From: an uncultured Pelagibacteraceae bacterium
GTDB lineage: Bacteria > Pseudomonadota > Alphaproteobacteria > Pelagibacterales > Pelagibacteraceae
Direction of reading: 5' to 3'
DNA: 64,000 nt
Assembly: GCA_902620465.1 (NCBI GenBank)
Contig: CACNIF010000003.1
Location: 49,767-113,766 of the forward strand
Part shown: positions 53,444 to 62,974 of the stretch, in pieces
Layout: each line of letters starts with the position of its first letter
How positions within the stretch are numbered: position 1 is the stretch's first letter
Notes under the pieces: model-generated
Databases searched by the model: none
Seen by the model: only the letters and a program-made list of their open reading frames with translations
What the model was told of the DNA's origin: nothing
Position numbers and translations under genes: made by a program

Positions 53444-54699
53444 TGAGCAAAATTATTAAAGTAAAAGGGCGTCAAGTTTTTGATAGTAGGGGGAATCCAA
53501 CTGTAGAAGCTGAGGTTTTTACCAAAAATAATAGTGCTAAAGCTATTTGTCCATCTGGTGCTTCTACAGGAACTTTTGAGGCCTTTGAAAAGAGAGATAG
53601 CAATAATAAAAAATATTTAGGTAAGAGTGTCTTAAATGCTGTTAATTTAATAAACACAAAAATTTCAAAAAAATTAAAAGGTCAAAATATACATCATCAA
53701 GAAAAAATTGATGCAATAATGATTAATTTAGATGGAACTAAACAAAAAAAAAAATTAGGAGCTAATTCTATTTTAGCTGTTTCTATTGCAACAAAAAAAC
53801 TTTCAGCAAAAGAAAAAAAAATGTCTTTATATAAAACATTTTTTATTAAGAAGAATTTTAAATTACCTTACCCAATGATGAATATAATTAATGGTGGTGC
53901 TCATGCAAATAATGGTCTTAGAATTCAAGAATTTATGATTAGACCAGATAGAGCAAAAAGTTTTTCTGATGCAATGAGAATATGTTTTGTAGTGGTTAAA
54001 AATCTTCAGAAATTGATTAAGAAAAAAGGGTTGTCCACATCCGTTGGCGACGAAGGTGGTTTTGCACCAATGATACATAATAACAATCAAGCTTTAGATT
54101 TGATAGTTTCTGCAATAAGAAAGTCTGGATTTGTTAATGGTAAGGATGTTTCAATTTGTTTAGATGTAGCAGCAAATGAACTCTTTAAAAAAAACAAATA
54201 TTCTATTCATTCAAAAAATCTTATCTCAGTAGATAAATCTATTAAAGAATATAAAAAAATCATTGAAAAATATAAAATCAAATCAGTTGAAGACCCTTTT
54301 GCTGAAAATGATTGGATTTCATGGAACAAACTTATGAAAACTATTAAAAAAATTCAAATAGTAGGTGATGATCTCTATGTTACGAACTTAGAAAGACTAA
54401 AAAAGGGTTTTTTGAATGTTTCTTCTAATGCAATTTTGATTAAGTTAAACCAAATTGGAACGGTATCTGAAACCTTAGAAGTAATTAAATTTGCTCAAAT
54501 TATAGGTTTTAAGACTATTATTTCCCATAGATCAGGAGATAGTGAAGATACATTTATTGCTGATTTAGCTGTAGGGACAAACTCGAACCAAATAAAAACA
54601 GGGTCATTAGCTAGATCCGAAAGAGTAGCTAAGTACAACCAATTAATTCGAATAGAAGAAGAACTTGGAAATAAAGCAATAATGAATAAGATTCATTAA
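53443..54699 (+). CDS. eno: Enolase (GTG start)
   Basis: DSRGNPTVE, PSGASTG, GDEGGFAP, VGDDL, IKLNQIGT, SHRSG, IKTGS. Confidence 0.98.
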   Translation: MSKIIKVKGRQVFDSRGNPTVEAEVFTKNNSAKAICPSGASTGTFEAFEKRDSNNKKYLGKSVLNAVNLINTKISKKLKGQNIHHQEKIDAIMINLDGTKQKKKLGANSILAVSIATKKLSAKEKKMSLYKTFFIKKNFKLPYPMMNIINGGAHANNGLRIQEFMIRPDRAKSFSDAMRICFVVVKNLQKLIKKKGLSTSVGDEGGFAPMIHNNNQALDLIVSAIRKSGFVNGKDVSICLDVAANELFKKNKYSIHSKNLISVDKSIKEYKKIIEKYKIKSVEDPFAENDWISWNKLMKTIKKIQIVGDDLYVTNLERLKKGFLNVSSNAILIKLNQIGTVSETLEVIKFAQIIGFKTIISHRSGDSEDTFIADLAVGTNSNQIKTGSLARSERVAKYNQLIRIEEELGNKAIMNKIH

Positions 54700-55004
54700 T
54701 GCTAAAAAAATTAAAAAAAAATTACTTCTTATTAGTATCAACTTTTTTAATCATATATTTTTTTTTCAATCTTTTATCAGGTCAAAGAGGATTAATATCT
54801 TATTTTGATAAAAAGCAGTATTTAGAAGAGCTGAAAATAGAAGAAGCTATAATAATTAATAAAATTAAAGACTTGGATTTTAAAAATTCATTGTTAAGTG
54901 ACAATCTAGATCTTGATTATATTGAAACATTGATTAGAGAAAGGTTCTTATTTGGAAAAGAAAATGAAAAAATTTATATAATAAAATATGACACAAAAAA
55001 CTAA
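54699..55004 (+). CDS. ftsB: Septum formation initiator (FtsB/DivIC family)
   Basis: Single N-terminal TM, GQRG, coiled coil, DYIE..RE..; follows eno. Confidence 0.85.
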   Translation: MLKKLKKNYFLLVSTFLIIYFFFNLLSGQRGLISYFDKKQYLEELKIEEAIIINKIKDLDFKNSLLSDNLDLDYIETLIRERFLFGKENEKIYIIKYDTKN

Positions 55005-55920
55005 ACCTAGGCATCCTGAAAAAGTGAAAAATCCTATAAATCCGATCAAAAAAAAACCGGAATGGATAAGATCAAAACTAGTTAACAGCAGAGAGTTTTT
55101 TATTACCAAAACTGTGATAAACAAAAGTAATCTTGTTACCGTCTGCCAGGAGGCTAATTGTCCAAATATAACAGAGTGTTGGAGTAAAAGGCATGCTACT
55201 TTTATGATAATGGGAGACACATGTACCAGAGCATGTGGATTTTGTGATGTTAAAACTGGCAAACCTGAAAAACTTGATCCATATGAAGATATTAAAATTG
55301 CTAATGCAGTAAGAAAACTTAATTTGAGGCACGTAGTTATTACATCAGTTGATAGAGATGATCTACCGGATGGAGGCTCAAACCATTTTAAGAAAGTAGT
55401 AGATACTACAAGAAAGAAAAATCCTAATACCACTATTGAAGTACTCACTCCAGATTTCCTTAGAAAAGGTGAATCTTATAAAAAGTTACTTGAGGCCGAT
55501 CTAGATGTATTCAATCATAACATAGAAACAGTTCCTAGACTTTATTTAAAAGTTAGACCAGGAGCTAGATATTTTGCATCACTAGAACTTCTCAAGAATG
55601 CAAAGAAAGATAATAAAAAAGTTTTTACTAAATCTGGAATTATGGTTGGGCTTGGTGAGAAACATGACGAAATTATTCAAGTTATGGATGATTTGATATC
55701 TGCGAATGTTGACTTTATTACTATTGGTCAATATCTGCAACCATCCGTAAAACATCATCCTCTTGAAAGATATTACCACCCTGATGAATTTAAGGAATTA
55801 GAGTTAATTGCAAAATCAAAAGGTTTCCTTTTAGTCTCATCATCACCCTTAACAAGATCTTCTTATCATGCTGATGAAGATTTTGCTAAACTCAAATATA
55901 ATAGAATTAATAGTCATTAA
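54988..55920 (+). CDS. lipA: Lipoyl synthase
   Basis: [12 protein letters not shown] and CTRACGFC motifs, [14 protein letters not shown]. Confidence 0.98.
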   Translation: MTQKTKPRHPEKVKNPINPIKKKPEWIRSKLVNSREFFITKTVINKSNLVTVCQEANCPNITECWSKRHATFMIMGDTCTRACGFCDVKTGKPEKLDPYEDIKIANAVRKLNLRHVVITSVDRDDLPDGGSNHFKKVVDTTRKKNPNTTIEVLTPDFLRKGESYKKLLEADLDVFNHNIETVPRLYLKVRPGARYFASLELLKNAKKDNKKVFTKSGIMVGLGEKHDEIIQVMDDLISANVDFITIGQYLQPSVKHHPLERYYHPDEFKELELIAKSKGFLLVSSSPLTRSSYHADEDFAKLKYNRINSH

Positions 55921-56378
55921 TGCCCAAAGCTTCAGTTAAGCGATTAATTGAATGTAAAAAAGAAGACTTAATTAAATTAGTATTAGATATTGAAAAATAT
56001 CCAGAATTTGTTCCTTTTTGTTTTGATGCAAAAGTTTATGAAAACAAAAATGTAGGTGATTTAACAAAAATAATAGCGGACTTAACTATTGGTAAAGGAC
56101 CATTTAAAGACACTTATAAGAGTGATGTGGTCTTTGATAAAAGTAAAGATGCTATATTTGTAAAAAATATAGATGGACCTTTAAACCATTTGTCAAATAA
56201 TTGGACATTTACTGATAAAAAAAATGGAATTACAGAAATTACTTTTGATATTGACTTTGAAATTAAAAATAAATTTTTGAATTCTCTTATGGTTGTTTCA
56301 TTTCAATTTGGATTAGAGAAAATAGCTGATGCATTCCAGAAGAGAGCAGAAGAGCTATTTGGCAGCTCTAAAAACTAA
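55920..56378 (+). CDS. START-domain Coq10/RatA (PasT) family ubiquinone-binding protein
   Basis: VLDIEKYPEFVPFC, GPLNHLSNNW, AFQKRA; follows lipA. Confidence 0.9.
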   Translation: MPKASVKRLIECKKEDLIKLVLDIEKYPEFVPFCFDAKVYENKNVGDLTKIIADLTIGKGPFKDTYKSDVVFDKSKDAIFVKNIDGPLNHLSNNWTFTDKKNGITEITFDIDFEIKNKFLNSLMVVSFQFGLEKIADAFQKRAEELFGSSKN

Positions 56379-56816
56379 ATTTAATGCTTTTCTAACTGTT
56401 GCCTTTTGTATTGAAGATCTTTTTTTGGCTTTAAATTTACATTTATTAACTTGTATTTTATTACCTTTTTTTACTCCAATATAAACTAGACCAACAGGTT
56501 TTTCTTTAGTACCACCTTTTGGTCCTGCAATACCAGTTATTGAAACATTAATATTGGCTTTAGATATCTTAGATAAATTTTTAACCATTTCTGAGCAGCA
56601 TTGATGACTTACAGCACCATATTTCTTAATTATATTTTTATTGACTTTTAAGACCTTAATTTTTGCTTGGTTAGAGTAGGTGACAAGACCTAAATTAAAA
56701 ACTTTTGAAGCACCACTAACCGAAGTAATAGAGCTAGCTAGTAATCCGCCTGTACATGACTCTGCAAATGAAATTTTAAACCTTTTCTTAATAAGTAGTT
56801 TTATTAAAGTTTTCAT
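56355..56816 (-). CDS. cinA: CinA C-terminal domain protein / NMN deamidase (PncC)
   Basis: AESCTGGL, YSNQAK, GAVS, ITGIAGPKGG, KPVGLVY. Confidence 0.93.
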   Translation of the reverse strand: MKTLIKLLIKKRFKISFAESCTGGLLASSITSVSGASKVFNLGLVTYSNQAKIKVLKVNKNIIKKYGAVSHQCCSEMVKNLSKISKANINVSITGIAGPKGGTKEKPVGLVYIGVKKGNKIQVNKCKFKAKKRSSIQKATVRKALNLVFRAAK

Positions 56817-57319
56817 TGAATAAAATAGCTCTTAAAAATCATAAAACAAATTAATGATAAAACAACATAAAAACCTGCAATGACATCATCCATAATTACA
56901 CCTAAACTATTTTTAAATTTTCTATCAAAAAAATTTACTGGAAATGGTTTTGTTATATCGAAAAATCGAAATAAAATAAAACAAACACCATAAAAAATAA
57001 TTGCTTCACCAGAAGATTTTTCTGTACCATGTGAAATCTCATACGTATAAATTGGTATAGATTGTCCAATAAATTCATCAATAACAACTTCTCTTGGATC
57101 TTTGTTTGTATTATCTTTAATATGTACCGCAATAGCCTTAAAAGAAAAAAGGAAGATAATTATCAAAAATCCAAATATTATAATTGTTGGTAAATCCAAT
57201 ATATGAAAAAAAATATATAATAAAATTACAGTTGCCAAAGATCCAAAAGTTCCAGGGATTATTGGTATTCTTCCCAACCCAAACATTGTTACAAATAAGG
57301 TATTAATCTTTTTAATCAT
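56813..57319 (-). CDS. pgpA: Phosphatidylglycerophosphatase A
   Basis: PGTFGS, DPREVVIDE, LFRFFDITKP, GVIMDDVIAG. Confidence 0.95.
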   Translation of the reverse strand: MIKKINTLFVTMFGLGRIPIIPGTFGSLATVILLYIFFHILDLPTIIIFGFLIIIFLFSFKAIAVHIKDNTNKDPREVVIDEFIGQSIPIYTYEISHGTEKSSGEAIIFYGVCFILFRFFDITKPFPVNFFDRKFKNSLGVIMDDVIAGFYVVLSLICFMIFKSYFIQ

Positions 57320-58418
57320 ATTTTGTAATTGAGATTATTACTTCACAAGCTATTGCCTTTCCTTTTCCTATTAAGCCTAATTTTTCTACTGTTTTACCTT
57401 TTAGATTAATTAAATTGTTATTTAAATTTGTGAGTTTTGAAATAGAATTAATTATTTTATTTCTATATCTTGATACTTTAGGTTGTTCACAAATTAAATT
57501 AATATCTATGTTATTTATAGAAAAATTTGATTTATAAAGATTTTCTATAATTGGTTTTAACAATTTTGGCGATCTTATATTTTTATATTTTTTAGTATTT
57601 GGAAAATAGGTACCTATATCTTTTCTTCTTAATGCTCCTAAAATAGAATCAGTAATTGCATGTAAAATTACATCACCATCAGAATGGCCCTCTAAACCTG
57701 AATGAAAAGGAATTTTAGCTCCTCCAAGAAAGAGTTTTTTATTTTTAACTAATCTATGAATATCAAATCCTAATCCATGAAAAGTTTTTGATGTTTTTAT
57801 ATCATCTAAATAAGTAATTTTGTTATTTGAATTTTCTCCTGCAATAAATTTTATTTTGAGATTTTGATTTAAGAACAATGTAGCTTCATCGTTAATTTTA
57901 GATTTTTCTTTTATTGCAAGTTTATATAATTCCTTAAAATTAAAGGCTTGTGGTGTTTGTGTTAATAAAGAATTTTTCCTATTTAAATTAAACACCTCAT
58001 TTTTAACTTTATATTTAATCGAGTCTCTTGAATTTATTATTGGAACAACAGCCATATTTTTTTTCAAATTTTTTGAGATCGTCTTAAGTAATTTTATTGA
58101 AAAATTTGGTCTTGCAGCGTCATGAATATAAACATTTTTTGGCTTGTATTTCTTTATGAATTTAAGAGCATTTAAGGAAGAGTCTGATCTTTCTTTACCA
58201 CCCTTAATAATATTTACTAATTTTGGATATTTCTTTTTTTTAAGGTATCTCGAATTATTTGATACAATAACTATCTTTTTAAATAATTTAGATTTTAATG
58301 ATTTTTCTACAGAATAATCTATAATTTCTTTATTCTTATATTTATAGAATTGTTTAAGAAAATTTTTACCAAATCTCTTACTTTTTCCTGCTGCTAATAT
58401 TACAAAATAGTTGTTCAT
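57312..58418 (-). CDS. ispDF: Bifunctional IspD/IspF (MEP cytidylyltransferase / MEcPP synthase)
   Basis: LAAGKSKRF, HDAARP, QTPQAF, NKIT; then GFDIH, GHSDGDV, DIG. Confidence 0.96.
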   Translation of the reverse strand: MNNYFVILAAGKSKRFGKNFLKQFYKYKNKEIIDYSVEKSLKSKLFKKIVIVSNNSRYLKKKKYPKLVNIIKGGKERSDSSLNALKFIKKYKPKNVYIHDAARPNFSIKLLKTISKNLKKNMAVVPIINSRDSIKYKVKNEVFNLNRKNSLLTQTPQAFNFKELYKLAIKEKSKINDEATLFLNQNLKIKFIAGENSNNKITYLDDIKTSKTFHGLGFDIHRLVKNKKLFLGGAKIPFHSGLEGHSDGDVILHAITDSILGALRRKDIGTYFPNTKKYKNIRSPKLLKPIIENLYKSNFSINNIDINLICEQPKVSRYRNKIINSISKLTNLNNNLINLKGKTVEKLGLIGKGKAIACEVIISITKYD

Positions 58419-58427
58419 TTGTTTAAA

Positions 58428-58436
58428 TGCTATAAT
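58428..58436 (+). promoter_or_regulatory. Extended -10 promoter element (TGnTATAAT) for ntrYX-trkAH
   Basis: TGCTATAAT at 58428-58436, ending 8 nt before the ntrY ATG, within the 26-bp divergent ispDF/ntrY gap. Confidence 0.6.
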
Positions 58437-58444
58437 TCTAAATT

Positions 58445-60232
58445 ATGTTAGATTTTTTTAAAAAAAATATATTTATAATCATTCTTTCTACTATCACACT
58501 ATTTATTGGTTTTTTAACATTTTTAACATTCATTGACCGGAGTTTCATTGAATTAAATCAAAATAATTTACAATTTTTATTAATTCTTAATATCATTTTA
58601 CTTTTCTTATTATTTGCATTTATTTTCGTTGAAATTAGAAAATCTATAAAAAACGATATTGATAAAGATGGTTTAAATTCTAATAAAAAATATATTACTT
58701 ATTTTTCTCTTTTTACACTTATACCTTCAATATTAATTTCAATATTTTCATTATTCTTATTCTCTTTTGCTTTAGAAAAGTATTTTGATAAAAAAGTTAC
58801 AACAGTTGTAAATAACTCTTATGAATTAGCAAAAAATTATGTTCAAGAAGTAAGAAATAAAGTTGAAGCAGATATTATATTGATTGCTTTTGATACTAAC
58901 AAAAGTGCTAATTTTTTAAATAATGATGAAAAAGAGTATTTTAGATTCTTGAGAACCCAAAAATTAATAAGAAATGTCGATGAAATACATATTATTGATA
59001 AAGATAAAAAGTTATTATTTACATCAGAACAAAAGAATAAATATCGCCCTCCAGTGGATAAGGCATTAAATCTAGTTTTAGATGATGATAGACCTTTAAA
59101 AATTGTTGATGCTCAAAACAATATATCTGCAGCAATTATAAGACTACAAGCTTTTGAGGATCGTTTTTTATATATTATAAAATTTTTAGATGAAAATATT
59201 TCTTCATACTTATCAGAGTCTCAAGAAGCAATTAATTTTTATTATACTGTAGAAGAAAGAAGTACCGGAATTAAGATTTCATTTATTTTGATTTATATTA
59301 TAGTGGTTACTTTATTATTGTTTATATCGATTACTATTGCTATTAGATTTTCATCCAGATTTTTCAGATCAATCAATAACCTGATATTAGCATCTACTGA
59401 AATTGGTCAAGGAAATTTAGACTCAAAAGTTCCTGAGATTAAAACAGATAAGGATATGGAAATTTTAAATAAAAATTTTAATTCAATGATAAGTAGACTC
59501 AAAAACCAACAAGAAAAATTGATTATCAATGAAAGATATAAAGCCTGGGGTAATCTATCCAGAAAATTAGCTCATGAAATTAAAAATCCCTTAACTCCAA
59601 TTCAATTAACTATCGATAGAATAAAGGACAAATATACAAATAAAATTTCAAATGAGGATCAAGGTCATTTTAAAGAAAATTTAAAAATTATTAATAATCA
59701 AATTAAACAGATTGAAAATCTTGTGAATGAATTTTCTGATTTTGCAAGAATGCCAAAACCAATTTTCAAGGAAAATGACTTAAATAAACTTTTAAAAGAA
59801 AACATTAAACTACTTTCCGAAATAGATAGCTCGATAAAATTAGAGTTTAAATCTAAAAAGAATCAAACAATTTTAGAATGTGATAGAGAACAAATAAATA
59901 GGGTATTTTTTAATTTAATTAAAAATTCTATAGAGAGTATTCAGCAAAAATCCGATAAAAACCCTAATTTTAATAAGAAAATATCAATTGAAATTTTAGA
60001 TAATAATGACCATATTCAAATTATTCTCATAGATAATGGTATTGGATTTAATAGCTTAAATAATAGGATTGATGAAATTTTTACACCATATTTTACTACA
60101 AAAAAAAATGGAACAGGATTAGGTTTATCAATTGTAAATAAAATCATAAATGATCATGGAGGCGAAATCAATTTTTACCCTATAAATGATGGTGCAAAAA
60201 TAAAAATTGATTTTAATAAAAGATGGCAATAG
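58445..60232 (+). CDS. ntrY: Sensor histidine kinase NtrY (no PAS domain)
   Basis: N-terminal TM helices, periplasmic domain, HAMP, AWGNLSRKLAHEIKNPLTPIQL H-box, DNGIG, PYFTTK, GTGLGL. Confidence 0.93.
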   Translation: MLDFFKKNIFIIILSTITLFIGFLTFLTFIDRSFIELNQNNLQFLLILNIILLFLLFAFIFVEIRKSIKNDIDKDGLNSNKKYITYFSLFTLIPSILISIFSLFLFSFALEKYFDKKVTTVVNNSYELAKNYVQEVRNKVEADIILIAFDTNKSANFLNNDEKEYFRFLRTQKLIRNVDEIHIIDKDKKLLFTSEQKNKYRPPVDKALNLVLDDDRPLKIVDAQNNISAAIIRLQAFEDRFLYIIKFLDENISSYLSESQEAINFYYTVEERSTGIKISFILIYIIVVTLLLFISITIAIRFSSRFFRSINNLILASTEIGQGNLDSKVPEIKTDKDMEILNKNFNSMISRLKNQQEKLIINERYKAWGNLSRKLAHEIKNPLTPIQLTIDRIKDKYTNKISNEDQGHFKENLKIINNQIKQIENLVNEFSDFARMPKPIFKENDLNKLLKENIKLLSEIDSSIKLEFKSKKNQTILECDREQINRVFFNLIKNSIESIQQKSDKNPNFNKKISIEILDNNDHIQIILIDNGIGFNSLNNRIDEIFTPYFTTKKNGTGLGLSIVNKIINDHGGEINFYPINDGAKIKIDFNKRWQ

Positions 60233-61578
60233 AAATTTTAATTGTAGATGATAACGTTGATATAAGAAATATTCTCAAGGAATTAATACTTGATGCAGGT
60301 TATAAAACTAGAGTTGCTGCAAATTATAATCAAGCACTTGCAGAAATAGATAAAAAAATGCCAGACGTTGCAATCTTAGACGTCAAATTAGATAAAGGTG
60401 ATAATGATGGCATTGAGTTATTGTCTCATATCAAATCAAAAAATAATGATGTACCAGTAATTATAATAACAGGCCACGCTAATGTTGAACTTGCAGTAAG
60501 TGCGCTCAAACATGGAGCATTTGAATTTATAGAGAAACCTTTTGACAAAACAAGACTGTTAAATTTTGTAAAAAGAGCTGTTGAAAATTTGAATTTAAAG
60601 TCACAGAATAAAGAATATGAAACAAAGTTATTCTATTCATATGATTTAATTGGAGATAGTAAAAATATATCCTCAATAAGAGATCAAATAGAAAAAATTT
60701 CAATTACAGAAAGTCGTATTTTAATAAATGGACCATCAGGCTCGGGAAAAGAGCTAATAGCGAGAAAAATCCATAAAAAATCTAAAAGAAATAATAAACC
60801 TTTTATTATATTAAATGGCGCTTTACTTGACTCAAATAAATATGAATTAGAGTTGTTCGGAGAAGAAAAAGATAATGGTTCCATATCTTATGGTGCTCTT
60901 GAAAAAGCTAATGAAGGAACCTTATTAATTGATCAAGTTTCAGAAATCCCATTAGCAATACAATCAAAAATTTTAAGAGTTTTGACAGATCAAAAATTTA
61001 AAAGACTAAATGGAAGCGGTGACTTAAATGTTGATGTTAGAATCATCTGTTCATCAAGTAAAGATTTAAAAGAAGAAATAAAAATAGGTAATTTTAGAGA
61101 GGATCTTTACCATCGTTTAAATGTATTCGAAATAAATGTTAAACCTTTGAATGAAAGAATTTCAGATATACCACTCTTAATAGATTATTTTTCTGGTCTT
61201 ATTTCTGAAAGTTACAACATTGGTAAACTCGATATCGATTCTGACAATAGTTATATTTTAAACCATCATTGGAAAGGAAATGTAAGAGAGTTAAGAAATT
61301 TAATCGAAAGAATAGCTATTTTACAACCAGATACTAAAGATAAAGTTTCAAATATTGTTAAAGAGTCTCTAAAAAACGATAGTTACATTGAAAAAGTGAA
61401 TGAAAATACCTTATCTGTGCCATTAAAAGAAGCTAGAGAAAAGTTTGAAAAAGAGTATTTAACGATGCAATTAAAAAAATTTAATGGAAATATATCTAAA
61501 ACTGCAAACTTTGTTGGAATGGAAAGAAGTGCTCTTCATAGGAAGCTTAAAGGCTTAGGAATTAAAGAGTTTAATTAA
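60223..61578 (+). CDS. ntrX: Response regulator NtrX (REC-AAA+-Fis HTH)
   Basis: ILIVDD, LDV, ITGH, KP; GPSGSGKE; FREDLYHRLNV; GNVREL; GMERSALHRKLK HTH; no GAFTGA. Confidence 0.95.
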   Translation: MAIEILIVDDNVDIRNILKELILDAGYKTRVAANYNQALAEIDKKMPDVAILDVKLDKGDNDGIELLSHIKSKNNDVPVIIITGHANVELAVSALKHGAFEFIEKPFDKTRLLNFVKRAVENLNLKSQNKEYETKLFYSYDLIGDSKNISSIRDQIEKISITESRILINGPSGSGKELIARKIHKKSKRNNKPFIILNGALLDSNKYELELFGEEKDNGSISYGALEKANEGTLLIDQVSEIPLAIQSKILRVLTDQKFKRLNGSGDLNVDVRIICSSSKDLKEEIKIGNFREDLYHRLNVFEINVKPLNERISDIPLLIDYFSGLISESYNIGKLDIDSDNSYILNHHWKGNVRELRNLIERIAILQPDTKDKVSNIVKESLKNDSYIEKVNENTLSVPLKEAREKFEKEYLTMQLKKFNGNISKTANFVGMERSALHRKLKGLGIKEFN

Positions 61579-62970
61579 ATGAATATTATTATTTGTGGGG
61601 CAGGTAGAGTAGGTTTTACTATTGCAAAACTGTTAAGTGAACAGGGTCATTCTATAACTGTTATTGATCAATCTAGTGAAGATATTCAAAAAATTAATGA
61701 CAGTTTGGATGTCAAAGCTATAGTCGGAAAAGCAACATATCCATCAATTCTTGAAAAAGCTAATGCACCAGAAACAGATATGATAATTGCTGTCACTAGA
61801 AATGACGAAATTAACATGTTAATTTGCCAAATAGCTTATTCTATTTTTAATATCCCAAAAAAAATTGCAAGAATAAGATCTCAGGACTATTTAAACCCTA
61901 AATTTACAAGAGTGTATAGTAAAGAAAACTTACCTATTGATGTTATAATCTCACCAGAAATTGAAATTGCAAAATCTATTCAAAGAAAATTAGAGGCTCC
62001 CGGTGCTTTAGACAGTGTTCCTTTTACTGATAACAAAATTAGATTACTTGAAATTCTGATTAAGAAAAATTGTGAGTCAATTAATATTAAATTTAATGAA
62101 CTAACAAAAAAATATCCAAAATTAGATGCTAATATAATTGCAATCAATCGAGATGAAAAATTCTTTATACCCAAAAAGACAGATGCTGTAAAAGAAGGTG
62201 ATAAAATTTATGTAGTTATCAATTCTTTACAGATGGGTGAAACATTACAGGCTTTTGGGCATAATGAACGAATATCGAAAAAAATTTTGATAATAGGGGG
62301 TGGAAATATTGGTTTTAACTTGGCAAAGAATATAGAGGAAACTTTAGAAACCGTTAGAGTAAAAATAGTTGAAAAAAATAAAGAGCGAGCTGAATATTTG
62401 GCAAGTCAACTTAATGATACAATTGTAATTAATGGTGACGGTTTAGATGAGGAGGTTTTAGCTGAGGCCAACATGGAAGAGGCAGAAACTGTTTTAGCTT
62501 TAACAAACGACGATGAAGATAATTTGATGGTGAGTGTATTAGTCGAAAAATTTACAAAAGATCAAAAAGAAATAGAAGAAAAAAGAACAATGGCTCTTAT
62601 TAACAAACCTAATTACTCATTATTGCAATCTTCATTAAAGATTGATGATTTAATTGATCCAAGAATGAGTACAGTCTCAAGTATTTTGAAACATGTACAT
62701 AAGGGAACTATTGAAAATGCTTATACAGTATCAAATGGCGAATTTGAAATTATTGAAGCAGAAGTTATTGAGATGTCTGAACTAATTAATAAAGAATTAA
62801 AAAATTCAAATCTTCCAGATGAATTAAGAATTGGTGCTATATTAAGAGATGACAAAGTTATTATTCCTAGATCAGATTTTGTTTTTAAAAAGGATGATAG
62901 AGTTGTTTTTATTGTTAAAAAAGACACGATCCCTTTTGTAGAAAATATTTTCAGGTTAAGTTCAGTTTAA
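61579..62970 (+). CDS. trkA: Trk potassium uptake protein TrkA
   Basis: Two RCK/KTN domains, GAGRVG and GGGNIG. Confidence 0.97.
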   Translation: MNIIICGAGRVGFTIAKLLSEQGHSITVIDQSSEDIQKINDSLDVKAIVGKATYPSILEKANAPETDMIIAVTRNDEINMLICQIAYSIFNIPKKIARIRSQDYLNPKFTRVYSKENLPIDVIISPEIEIAKSIQRKLEAPGALDSVPFTDNKIRLLEILIKKNCESINIKFNELTKKYPKLDANIIAINRDEKFFIPKKTDAVKEGDKIYVVINSLQMGETLQAFGHNERISKKILIIGGGNIGFNLAKNIEETLETVRVKIVEKNKERAEYLASQLNDTIVINGDGLDEEVLAEANMEEAETVLALTNDDEDNLMVSVLVEKFTKDQKEIEEKRTMALINKPNYSLLQSSLKIDDLIDPRMSTVSSILKHVHKGTIENAYTVSNGEFEIIEAEVIEMSELINKELKNSNLPDELRIGAILRDDKVIIPRSDFVFKKDDRVVFIVKKDTIPFVENIFRLSSV

Positions 62971-62974
62971 TTAC

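Noticed and set aside
54948-55448. 166-aa antisense ORF, plus the other short antisense or alternate-frame ORFs inside lon, nuo, coaX, lolE, dnaE, tsf, bamA, lpxA, trpD, trkA and trkH
   Set aside because: They are nested in well-conserved genes, have no motifs, and have the Phe/Ser/Ile-rich composition expected from the reverse strand of Lys/Glu-rich AT-biased genes
55920-56378. RatA/PasT as a toxin-antitoxin system
   Set aside because: No antitoxin partner is adjacent, and the family is established as Coq10-like ubiquinone-binding proteins conserved next to lipA
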